Source: an uncultured Alphaproteobacteria bacterium
Lineage (GTDB): Bacteria > Pseudomonadota > Alphaproteobacteria > UBA9655
NCBI GenBank assembly: GCA_964605015.1
Contig: CAZSAH010000001.1
Location: 55,168 to 119,167, forward strand
Length of the DNA stretch: 64,000 nucleotides
Direction: 5' to 3'
Part shown: positions 17,040-24,383 of the stretch, piece by piece
Layout of the letters: the number at the start of each line of letters is the position of its first letter
Position numbering within the stretch: position 1 is the first letter of the stretch
Notes under the pieces: generated by a model
Told to the model about the DNA's origin: nothing
What the model saw: only the letters and a program-made list of their open reading frames with translations
The model's database searches: none
Made by a program: the position numbers and the translations under genes

Positions 17040-17516
17040 TTAATTCGTGGTCGGGTGACCACGACCTTTCACTTGATGAACCGTGGCGCGCGCATTCGCG
17101 CAAAAGGTCACAAGGGAAATTTCGAGAAGATCAATGTCTAAAAGAAGGCGGGCGTTGCTGGCTTTATCGCGCGTGGCTTTGAGGGCGCGAAACCCAATGG
17201 AAAGGCCGTCAATCGCTCCGTGTTTCAACAAAAGATAGGCCTCATCTGCTTGGGCAACCCCAAGGGTCAGGTGACCCTCTCCATAAAGGCCGCGCTCATC
17301 TTCATAGAGGCGTGTCCACACCCCAATGGGGCGCTTGGGGTCATGCTGCCACAGCATTTTCGGCATTTTTCCAAGCTGTCGCCAGGCGCGCAGCGTTTTT
17401 GAGAACGCGCCCTTCACCACCCGATCCTGCTGATGATCGGTCAAGTCAAAAAAACTCGCATATCCTGCGATTATCCCTTTTTTTTGAGAGGGAGTTAGAC
17501 GTATAGTGTGTGTCAT
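17040..17516 (-). CDS. HK97-family prohead protease (RcGTA g4-like)
   Basis: IAGYASFFDLTDHQQDRVVKGAF...MLWQHD...PIGVW...SIGF motif series of the S78/HK97 prohead protease. Lies directly upstream of the capsid gene. Confidence 0.85.
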   Translation of the reverse strand: MTHTIRLTPSQKKGIIAGYASFFDLTDHQQDRVVKGAFSKTLRAWRQLGKMPKMLWQHDPKRPIGVWTRLYEDERGLYGEGHLTLGVAQADEAYLLLKHGAIDGLSIGFRALKATRDKASNARLLLDIDLLEISLVTFCANARATVHQVKGRGHPTTN

Positions 17517-17544
17517 AAGAAGAACCTTTAAGGGTGTGAAAAAT

Positions 17545-18087
17545 ATGAAAAAACTAATGGGGATGCTGGTTTGTTTGGTTGGGATGGCAGAAGTTGCGCA
17601 GGGGAGTTGCCCTACTGGTTCATATTACTGTAACATTTGCGCGCAGTGCTTCTCTAATGACGTGAAGCCGTGTCCTAATCCGTGTCCTCGAGCACCTTCG
17701 CCGATCGCTCTTCCTCTTACTCTTCCAGCACAGGTTGTTTATACTATTAAAGGGACGAACACAGTGGTTGAAGGGAAGAAGGCGTGGGAACCAACACCAG
17801 CTTTTCAGTGTCCTTCTGGTGAGCGCGTAACGCAAATCTCTTCTTCTCACCTACCTCCTGGTTACCCTTCTCAATATAGCTGGTATAGTTGTGGTAAGGC
17901 CGCCCTACCTTCTTCTCCTTCTGTCGAGGCTCTTCCGGTGCCTACAGAGGTATACAAAGGTTATGCCCTTCCTTCTGAGACTATTTTTGGATGCTCCGCT
18001 GGCACTACGCTGACACCAGCAGATCACCTTCCCACGCTTCCACCTCAATCAAAGCTTCAAGGCTGGTGGGTCTGCGCTGGTTCTTGA
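17545..18087 (+). CDS. Secreted Cys/Pro-rich hypothetical protein
   Basis: Start taken at ATG 17545 (MKKLMGMLVCLVGMAEVAQG signal peptide). The mature N-terminus is SCPTGSYYCNICAQCFSNDVKPCPNPCP and the rest is Pro/Ser-rich. Divergent from the protease start, only 28 nt away. Confidence 0.6.
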   Translation: MKKLMGMLVCLVGMAEVAQGSCPTGSYYCNICAQCFSNDVKPCPNPCPRAPSPIALPLTLPAQVVYTIKGTNTVVEGKKAWEPTPAFQCPSGERVTQISSSHLPPGYPSQYSWYSCGKAALPSSPSVEALPVPTEVYKGYALPSETIFGCSAGTTLTPADHLPTLPPQSKLQGWWVCAGS

Positions 18088-18128
18088 TTGATAGGTTCGT
18101 AGCGATAGAGCCCTCTCTATCCGCGCCA

Positions 18129-18196
18129 CTTGTCATCCTGAACTCGTTTCAGGATCTTATTGTCGCTGAGATGCTGAAATAAATTCAGCATGACAA
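18129..18196. repeat. Hairpin family 2 inverted doublet (REPIN-like)
   Basis: CTTGTCAT-CCTGAACTCGTTTCAGG-ATC (18129-18156) and, inverted, GAT-GCTGAAATAAATTCAGC-ATGACAAG (18170-18196). Confidence 0.85.
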
Positions 18197-18338
18197 GACG
18201 AGTGGATCCAACCCAAATGGTATCGCCCCCCAAAAAAATTCTCTTCTGTTAATAAAATATTATTAATTTATCATTATACTAAAATTAATAATAAAAACAA
18301 AAAAAGAAAAAACAATATACAAACAAAGGAGAAATACA

Positions 18339-18557
18339 ATGAAAAATTTAACCCTTCTCGCTTTTTCAGCGATCGTAATAGCAGGCATCTCAGCGGTAAG
18401 TGCTGACTGTGGATGTGGTATGGCTGCCCCTTGTGCAGCATCATGCCCATGTCCTATGGAATGTCCTTGCCAACCAACTTGTTGCCCAGCCAACAGAGGA
18501 CTCTTTGATGGCGGAACATGTTGTGGTGGACCTGCTATTCCATCCTGTGGATGCTAA
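18339..18557 (+). CDS. Secreted ultra-Cys-rich mini-protein, paralogue 1 (72 aa)
   Basis: Signal peptide MKNLTLLAFSAIVIAGISAVSA. The predicted 50-aa mature part has 13 Cys (DCGCGMAAPCAASCPCPMECPCQPTCCPANRGLFDGGTCCGGPAIPSCGC). Strong RBS AAAGGAGAA and an AT-rich leader. Confidence 0.75.
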   Translation: MKNLTLLAFSAIVIAGISAVSADCGCGMAAPCAASCPCPMECPCQPTCCPANRGLFDGGTCCGGPAIPSCGC

Positions 18558-18574
18558 GAATCACCACAAAAATC

Positions 18575-18628
18575 GTCGTTGTAAGGCCTAAATCTTCTTG
18601 AGACCGCGGTTTTACAACGACAATTTTC
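18575..18628 (+). terminator. Possible terminator hairpin after Cys-rich gene 1
   Basis: 10-bp stem GTCGTTGTAA (18575-18584) / TTACAACGAC (18612-18621) with a large 27-nt loop, followed by AATTTTC. Weak as an intrinsic terminator. Confidence 0.35.
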
Positions 18629-18773
18629 ATGATAACTCCCTGATTATTCTCGTCAAATATTCTCCCGAAAAAAAATTTTGCAATTTTAATAAATTGTTAT
18701 GAATTGCTGGATATACTGGGTTCAATAATAACAAGAAGAAGAAACAACCAACATAAAAACAAAGGAGAATACG

Positions 18774-19082
18774 ATGAGTAAAAAACTAACACTTCTGTCC
18801 TTTTTGGCAGCAATGACAATGGGACTTACTGGTGCAAATGCGGCTCTTTCATTAGAAGCTCAGCAAAACGTAGAATATTACATGGGAGCTGGCCCTTGCC
18901 CAATGGCAGCAGCCCCTATGGTAATGGCTGCGGGTCCTTGCTGCAATGCACCTTGTGCGGCGCCTTGCCCATGCCCAATGGAATGCCCATGTGTTCCCGG
19001 TTGCTGCCCAGCAATCAGAGGGCTCTTTGATGGCGGCATGTGCTGTGGTGGACGAGCAGTTCCCCCAATCTGCGGCTGCTAA
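18774..19082 (+). CDS. Secreted ultra-Cys-rich mini-protein, paralogue 2 (102 aa)
   Basis: Signal peptide MSKKLTLLSFLAAMTMGLTGANA. The C-terminal module APCAAPCPCPMECPCVPGCCPAIRGLFDGGMCCGGRAVPPICGC aligns residue for residue with paralogue 1. Same RBS context (AAAGGAGAATACGATG). Confidence 0.75.
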   Translation: MSKKLTLLSFLAAMTMGLTGANAALSLEAQQNVEYYMGAGPCPMAAAPMVMAAGPCCNAPCAAPCPCPMECPCVPGCCPAIRGLFDGGMCCGGRAVPPICGC

Positions 19083-19099
19083 GTTCAGTGATCAGTGGT

Positions 19100-19127
19100 C
19101 AGTAATCAGAATTTTTTCTGATTACTG
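19100..19127. terminator. Perfect 12-bp hairpin between convergent genes (Cys-rich gene 2 and portal)
   Basis: CAGTAATCAGAA-TTTT-TTCTGATTACTG. An outer pairing TCAGTGGTC (19092-19100) / GACCACTGA (19141-19149) reaches into the portal 3' end. No clean T-run on either side. Confidence 0.55.
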
Positions 19128-19134
19128 ATTACTG

Positions 19135-20310
19135 TCATTTGACCACTGAATCAGGGAGCGGTGGATATCCTACAAGCTCTCGTTTTTCATTGATCGTTAA
19201 AAAAGACGCCTTTTCAATTTTTCCCCATAGGGCTTCCCGTTTGGGAGCAAGGGCGGGGATTGACTCACAATCATACTCAAGGGAAAGATTGTCCCCGAAC
19301 AGGGGCGTAAGCCATTGGTTAAGCTCGCCTTTAATCATTTCTAATTGCGGCAAAATCGTATCTTCCCACAAGTGGTATCGGGCTTCCTTATAGTTGGAGA
19401 AGGTGGCATCCCCTGGCACACCCACCAACATAGGGGGGACGCCATACACTTGAGAAATCTCACGGGCAGAGAGGTTCTTGCCTTCAATAAAATCCAAATC
19501 TTTCGGAGAAAGCCCCATTTCCTTCCATTCAAAGCTTCCTTCTAACATCATGACACGCCCTGCATTGCTGCATCCTTCATAGGATTTCTTTAATTCTTGG
19601 CGCAGGCGAGTGCGTTGCTCTTCCGATAAAATTTCTCCCTCTCCCATATTGATTTGCAGGGCTCCAGAGGGCCGCCCTCCATTTTGCAAGAGGGCGAGGT
19701 TGTGGCTTGCCACAGCATTATGCTGATCAATGGCATGCGCAGCGGCTTCAATGGGGCTCATCCCATACCAATCATGGAGAGGATGGAAGGTGCGCATATG
19801 GCGGATGCGTGCTTTGCCATTCAAGGGATCCACAGGAATGCGTACGGCGCGCCCTCCAAGGGTATACTCATAAGCTTGAGGAACTCCCGAAGACCCGGGA
19901 ATGATCCGGACGCGATCTGGCCTTAAAAGGTAAAGCTCTAAGGGCTCATTTTCAGGCATGACCGCTTCGATATAAGCATTTCCCGCCAGCAGAAGGTAGG
20001 CCGTCAGGGCCTCCATAAAGCGAGACAGGCCTTGCTGCGGATTGGGATGACGCAGCAGAGTCAGAAGGGGGTGGGTGGTCAGGCGCATGTCGCCCTTATA
20101 AAGCTGCCAAGGAACGCTTGCCACACCGCGTGCGATCAACGATACACAGCGATAGACAACAATGTTTTTCTGATACCCCTCTTCGGCAAGGGTATCATAT
20201 TGGCGTGGCGTCCAGAGGGGGTGGTGCGCCCCTGTTGTGATCAAAAGAGGGGCAGTTGCGCTGGCTTTTCTTTCTGCGCGGCGCAGCCAAGAGGGCATCC
20301 AATTTTTCAT
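19135..20310 (-). CDS. HK97-family phage portal protein (RcGTA g3-like)
   Basis: 391 aa. WTPRQYDTLAEEGYQKNIVVYRCVSLIARGVASVPWQLY closely follows the conserved N-terminal pattern of GTA-type portals. Confidence 0.88.
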   Translation of the reverse strand: MKNWMPSWLRRAERKASATAPLLITTGAHHPLWTPRQYDTLAEEGYQKNIVVYRCVSLIARGVASVPWQLYKGDMRLTTHPLLTLLRHPNPQQGLSRFMEALTAYLLLAGNAYIEAVMPENEPLELYLLRPDRVRIIPGSSGVPQAYEYTLGGRAVRIPVDPLNGKARIRHMRTFHPLHDWYGMSPIEAAAHAIDQHNAVASHNLALLQNGGRPSGALQINMGEGEILSEEQRTRLRQELKKSYEGCSNAGRVMMLEGSFEWKEMGLSPKDLDFIEGKNLSAREISQVYGVPPMLVGVPGDATFSNYKEARYHLWEDTILPQLEMIKGELNQWLTPLFGDNLSLEYDCESIPALAPKREALWGKIEKASFLTINEKRELVGYPPLPDSVVK

Positions 20311-20373
20311 GAGAATCTCCGAGGGGTGTAGTCATTGTACGTGTAGGTGGTTTGTTCTTGGTTGCCTCCACAA

Positions 20374-20441
20374 CTTGTCATGCTGAACTTGTTTCAGCAT
20401 CTCAGCAACAACGAGACCCTGAAACAAGTTCAGGGTGACAA
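20374..20441. repeat. Hairpin family 2 inverted doublet (REPIN-like)
   Basis: CTTGTCAT-GCTGAACTTGTTTCAGC-ATC (20374-20401) and, inverted, GA-CCCTGAAACAAGTTCAGGG-TGACAA (20415-20441). Confidence 0.85.
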
Positions 20442-20586
20442 TCTTTGGGAAGCCATCTTCACATACAACAAGGGTGTAAAATGTTTTGAGAGTTAACGCT
20501 AGGCACACGTCTGTGATTTTATATTTATCACTTTACACCCTTTTAGGAAGGAGTCAAGCCTCCCGATTGGCCATTTGGCCTTTTTT

Positions 20587-21444
20587 TTATTTTTTTATCT
20601 TTTTGGCTTTGGAAACCTTGTCTCCGCTTAGGGTTTGATAAACGAGAGAGATCATTTTTATTGATACAGCCAAGAAAATAAATTGGAACATGAAACACAT
20701 AAAGGCTCCAAGGAGAACGGCTGAAGCTCCTGGATAGATCAAATCAAAAAGTATGCCCACAATTCCCAGAACGATGAGACCAACCAGCGTAAGGCCAAGG
20801 AGACCGAAAACAAGAAGAACGCTAAGACCTAACAACCGCAAGATATTTCCTTTTAAAAGCGCCCAACTTGTGCGGAGAGGATGCGGCTTATCAAGAGCTA
20901 TTAAGACATTGTAGAGGGAAATGCGTATAGCTATATAAGAGCCATACACAAAAAAGGCAGTCCCCAGAATGATATCGACAGGTATACTTGCAAAAAGGTA
21001 ATGAGCGCCAATGACAATGCCTGCCGCCAATGAGACGTAGAGTCCTCCTAAGACACTAATTAAAAGCATATACAAGATCATTTTTACAAAGCGCCAGTTG
21101 AGGTGCAGAGTCCACCATTTTGTTCCACCCTCATGAAGAACAGCGTAGCGTACGTTGTTGATATAAATGCTAAATATAAAAATGAAATAGGTGATGAAAT
21201 AAACGCTATGTGCAAGATGCATAAGGGGGTTTGATACCGTCACCTCTGTTACCTTAAGTGTATTTCCCATCATGACTTCCTGGATCTGAAAGGCCATCCC
21301 ACTATACCAATACGCAAAGACCATGAAAAGCAAGCCAAAGATCAAAATACAAAGCGGCGCAAAGGCCACCCTAAACCATTCCAATAAATGACGCCAAACG
21401 TTTGAGAAGCTGGCCTTGAATGTTTTCATAACCTGGATATGCAT
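20587..21444 (-). CDS. Orphan polytopic membrane protein (about 6-7 TM)
   Basis: 285 aa, hydrophobic throughout, with a Lys-rich C-terminus. AT-rich gene. No family recognised. Confidence 0.6.
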   Translation of the reverse strand: MHIQVMKTFKASFSNVWRHLLEWFRVAFAPLCILIFGLLFMVFAYWYSGMAFQIQEVMMGNTLKVTEVTVSNPLMHLAHSVYFITYFIFIFSIYINNVRYAVLHEGGTKWWTLHLNWRFVKMILYMLLISVLGGLYVSLAAGIVIGAHYLFASIPVDIILGTAFFVYGSYIAIRISLYNVLIALDKPHPLRTSWALLKGNILRLLGLSVLLVFGLLGLTLVGLIVLGIVGILFDLIYPGASAVLLGAFMCFMFQFIFLAVSIKMISLVYQTLSGDKVSKAKKIKK

Positions 21445-21551
21445 GTTTACCTCCCTTAAGGGTAAATATATTTTTATAGAATTATATTATGCACAAAATT
21501 GTTAAGATTAAATTAAATTTTGTAAAATTCGGGAATTTTTTTGCATCCCTT

Positions 21552-21579
21552 TTTGTCATGCTGAATTTATTTCAGCATC
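21552..21579. repeat. Hairpin family 2 single unit
   Basis: TTTGTCAT-GCTGAATTTATTTCAGC-ATC in the divergent intergenic region. Confidence 0.8.
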
Positions 21580-21679
21580 CCTACTAAACAATTAACGAAA
21601 TTTTAAGCCAAGTCATATATCGTGATCATGAGTGGATGAAAAGGATGAAACAAACCCTTAACAGAAAAGGAACTTAATA

Positions 21680-22231
21680 ATGAATAAAAAATTTCTCAAG
21701 ACATTAGCCGCTGCTGCGACTCTCACAATGACCATGGAGGGAGACATAATGGCAGACGCAAAAACCGTCCATATAGCTACAACCTCGACGCTAGCTAAAG
21801 GCCTCAAGGAGCTTCATGATCAAGAAGATTTGAGATTTGATAGCCATAAGGGGACCCAGGCAGTACTGACGCCGTATCCTACTGAGCCAACGAAGGCTTG
21901 GAATGCAGCAATAGACATACTACCCGGACGTGCCAATGGGGCGTATTGGAAGGACATTTCGCAGGATAATGAAGGCAAGACAACTATGCTCAAAATAGCA
22001 AAAGCCCAAGAGGAGGGTCACGATGAACAAAATACACCTTTAACAATTTTGCTGGGTCTCAGAGATGTACACGCTTCCGCTCTCCTGAAAACCGTCGTGT
22101 GGGTCAAGTGTTCTAGCGTCGAGCCTATAATCTTTAGATCGATGCATGATGGGACGACATTGCTTGTTGATGGCACGGTTAATCTGCACAACTTAAAGGA
22201 AACTAACTGCTCTACCACCGTCGAGCATTAA
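21680..22231 (+). CDS. Hypothetical protein (183 aa), possibly exported
   Basis: ORF with RBS AAAAGGAA upstream. The N-terminus MNKKFLKTLAAAATLTMT is weakly signal-like. No motif recognised. Confidence 0.5.
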   Translation: MNKKFLKTLAAAATLTMTMEGDIMADAKTVHIATTSTLAKGLKELHDQEDLRFDSHKGTQAVLTPYPTEPTKAWNAAIDILPGRANGAYWKDISQDNEGKTTMLKIAKAQEEGHDEQNTPLTILLGLRDVHASALLKTVVWVKCSSVEPIIFRSMHDGTTLLVDGTVNLHNLKETNCSTTVEH

Positions 22232-22307
22232 AAATAGGGCTCTCAAAAAGCGATGAGGGCTAAAAGATGGACGAGGAAGAGGTGACAAAGGTCAAAATAC
22301 AAAGCGG

Positions 22308-22508
22308 CCTTCAATTCTTGTGAGATATAGCCCTCTCTTGTCATGCTGAACTTGTTTCAGCATCCCATTGACAACGAGATCCTGAAACGAGTTCAGGATG
22401 ACAATTTTTGGGTGAACACCGAGATCCTGAAACGAGTTCAGGATGACAGCTTGCGAGGAGAAGTGGAGAGTGGCCATAAGGCCTCTTCAATTCTTGTGAG
22501 ATGTAGCC
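22308..22508. repeat. Hairpin family 2 triplet flanked by ~25-bp direct repeats
   Basis: Units at 22337-22364, 22378-22404 (inverted) and 22423-22449 (inverted). Flanked by CCTTCAATTCTTGTGAGATATAGCC (22308-22332) and CTCTTCAATTCTTGTGAGATGTAGCC (22482-22508). Confidence 0.85.
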
Positions 22509-22557
22509 TATTAGGTGTATAAAATTCCATTGAATCAAAACAAGGACGAATACTCCC

Positions 22558-23331
22558 ATGCTCACCATTGCGACGTGGAATATCAACTCTATTCGTATGC
22601 GCCTTCCCCTTCTTCTCTCGTGGCTTAAAGAGACCGCCCCCGATATCGTCTTGCTACAAGAAACAAAAACAACGGATGATCAATTCCCGCGGGAAGCCAT
22701 TGAAGATCTTCAGTACAACATCGCCATGTCTGGCCAAAAGAGCTATAATGGGGTGGCGATTCTCTCTAAATTTCCCCTTGAAGACGTCGCTCGCGGGATT
22801 CCAGGGTTTGAAGACGATCAAGCGCGCTATCTTGAAGCGGTGACGGGGGGAGTGCGGGTGGCATCTGTCTATGTTCCCAATGGAATGGCGGTGGGGAGCG
22901 AAAAGTATGCGTATAAGCTTGATTTTTTAAAGTATCTTTACGCACACACTCAGACCCTTTTGACCTATGACGAGGCTTTTCTGTTGGGGGGAGATTTCAA
23001 CATTGCCCCCACGGATCAAGACGTTTATGACCCGCAAGAATGGCATGAGCAAATCTTGTGCAGCACGCCTGAGCGGGCCCGCCTTAGGTCCCTTGTTTAT
23101 TTAGGCCTCACCGATGCCTTGCGCGCCCTCCACGCCGAAGAAAAAGACCTGTATACGTGGTGGGATTACCGTGGAGGAGCTTGGCAAAATAATTATGGGC
23201 TTCGGATTGACCATCTTCTTCTCTCTCCTCAGATGGCAGATCGGTTAAAAGAGGCCTATGTTGACAAAAAAATCCGTGGTGTGGAAAAATCGTCTGATCA
23301 TGCCCCGGTTGTGTGCGGGATTGATGGGTAA
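22558..23331 (+). CDS. xthA: Exodeoxyribonuclease III
   Basis: LTIATWNINSIRMRL start, LQETK, GDFNIAP, and a SDHAPV C-terminal motif. 257 aa. Confidence 0.9.
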   Translation: MLTIATWNINSIRMRLPLLLSWLKETAPDIVLLQETKTTDDQFPREAIEDLQYNIAMSGQKSYNGVAILSKFPLEDVARGIPGFEDDQARYLEAVTGGVRVASVYVPNGMAVGSEKYAYKLDFLKYLYAHTQTLLTYDEAFLLGGDFNIAPTDQDVYDPQEWHEQILCSTPERARLRSLVYLGLTDALRALHAEEKDLYTWWDYRGGAWQNNYGLRIDHLLLSPQMADRLKEAYVDKKIRGVEKSSDHAPVVCGIDG

Positions 23332-23399
23332 ACTTTATAATCCTTGAATTTTTCTCACGAAAAGACGTAGGGTGAATCGAGTTTAAGGACAAGAAAATC

Positions 23400-24383
23400 A
23401 TGACATTGCGCGTTGGTTCAGTTGAATTACAAGATCGGGTGATTTTAGCCCCCATGTCAGGGGTCACGGATATGCCTTTTCGGCGCTTGGTGAAGCGCCA
23501 GGGGGCAGCTCTCGTTATTTCTGAGATGATCGCCAGTCAAGCCATGATTCGTCACACGCGCCAGTCCCTCTTGATGGCAACCCACACACCGGAAGAATAT
23601 CCCATGGCCGTTCAATTAGCTGGCTGTGATCCTTATGTGATGGCAGAGGCGGCAAAGCTGAATATGGATCGAGGCGCGACTCTTATTGATATTAATATGG
23701 GGTGTCCTGTTAAAAAGGTCGTGGGAGGACATGCAGGATCAGCCCTGATGCGGGATGAGGTCCATGCGGCTAAAATTTTAGAAGCTACCGTAAACGCGGT
23801 GAGTATTCCGGTTACGCTAAAAATGCGCACAGGGTGGGATGACAGCACACGTAATGCGCCGCGTCTTGCAAAAATTGCCGAAGAGGTAGGCATTCAAATG
23901 ATCACCATTCATGGGCGGACCCGCTGTCAGCTGTATTCAGGCAAATCCGACTGGGCCTTTATTCGTCAAGTCAAGGACGCGGTGAGCCTTCCTGTGATTG
24001 GGAATGGAGATGTGGTGACTGTTGAAAACGCCAAAGACCTTTTGGACATCTCGGGGGCCGATGGGGTCATGGTTGGGCGCGGCGTTTATGGTCGACCTTG
24101 GTTTTTAAACCAGGTGAGCCATTTTCTTAAAACGGGGGAAAAGCTTCCCGATCCTCCTTTGGGGGAGCAAAAAAGCCTTCTTTTAGAGCATTTCGAAGAC
24201 ATGCTCACTCATTATGGGGAACACACCGGCCTTTTAATGGCCCGCAAGCATTTGGGGTGGTATAGCAAAGGTCTTGCAGAATCAGCCGAATTTCGGGTAG
24301 CTATTAATCAAGCCACAACATCTTGTGATGTAAAAAACATTATTGACCCTTTTTACGAGAAAAACTTTGAGCTAAGGTCCTGA
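23400..24383 (+). CDS. dusB: tRNA-dihydrouridine synthase B (NifR3 family)
   Basis: LAPMSGVTDMPFRRL, DINMGCPVKKV (catalytic Cys) and HGRTR motifs. 327 aa. Confidence 0.9.
   Translation: MTLRVGSVELQDRVILAPMSGVTDMPFRRLVKRQGAALVISEMIASQAMIRHTRQSLLMATHTPEEYPMAVQLAGCDPYVMAEAAKLNMDRGATLIDINMGCPVKKVVGGHAGSALMRDEVHAAKILEATVNAVSIPVTLKMRTGWDDSTRNAPRLAKIAEEVGIQMITIHGRTRCQLYSGKSDWAFIRQVKDAVSLPVIGNGDVVTVENAKDLLDISGADGVMVGRGVYGRPWFLNQVSHFLKTGEKLPDPPLGEQKSLLLEHFEDMLTHYGEHTGLLMARKHLGWYSKGLAESAEFRVAINQATTSCDVKNIIDPFYEKNFELRS

Noticed and set aside
18400-19128. Alternative-frame ORFs 18400-18591 and 18946-19128 overlapping the Cys-rich genes, and - strand ORF 18263-18493
   Set aside because: Only the annotated frames have an RBS, a signal peptide and the paralogue-conserved Cys pattern. 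The others are frame artefacts of GC-rich Cys/Pro/Ala codons.
13696-20310. Whether the terminase-less HK97-fold capsid could be an encapsulin nanocompartment
   Set aside because: Portal, prohead protease, connector and head-closure genes are present, which are hallmarks of a true phage/GTA head. No cargo-loading peptide context is visible.
20470-20542. 11-bp inverted repeat AAGGGTGTAAA / TTTACACCCTT with a 51-nt loop upstream of the orphan membrane gene, as a possible sRNA or riboswitch
   Set aside because: It is a single long-loop stem with no recognisable riboswitch core or terminator. That is insufficient evidence, so it is only noted here.
2645-22449. Whether the recurring hairpin units could be a CRISPR array
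   Set aside because: The units are dispersed over 20 kb, occur in both orientations as inverted doublets and have no regular repeat-spacer periodicity. No cas genes are present.
22292-22586. ORFs 22292-22477 (-) and 22341-22586 (-), with repeated ..ILNSFQDL.. / ..HPELVSGSRC.. strings
   Set aside because: They are read-throughs of the family 2 hairpin triplet. The internal peptide repeats simply mirror the DNA repeats. ORF 17991-18182 (+) is rejected for the same reason.
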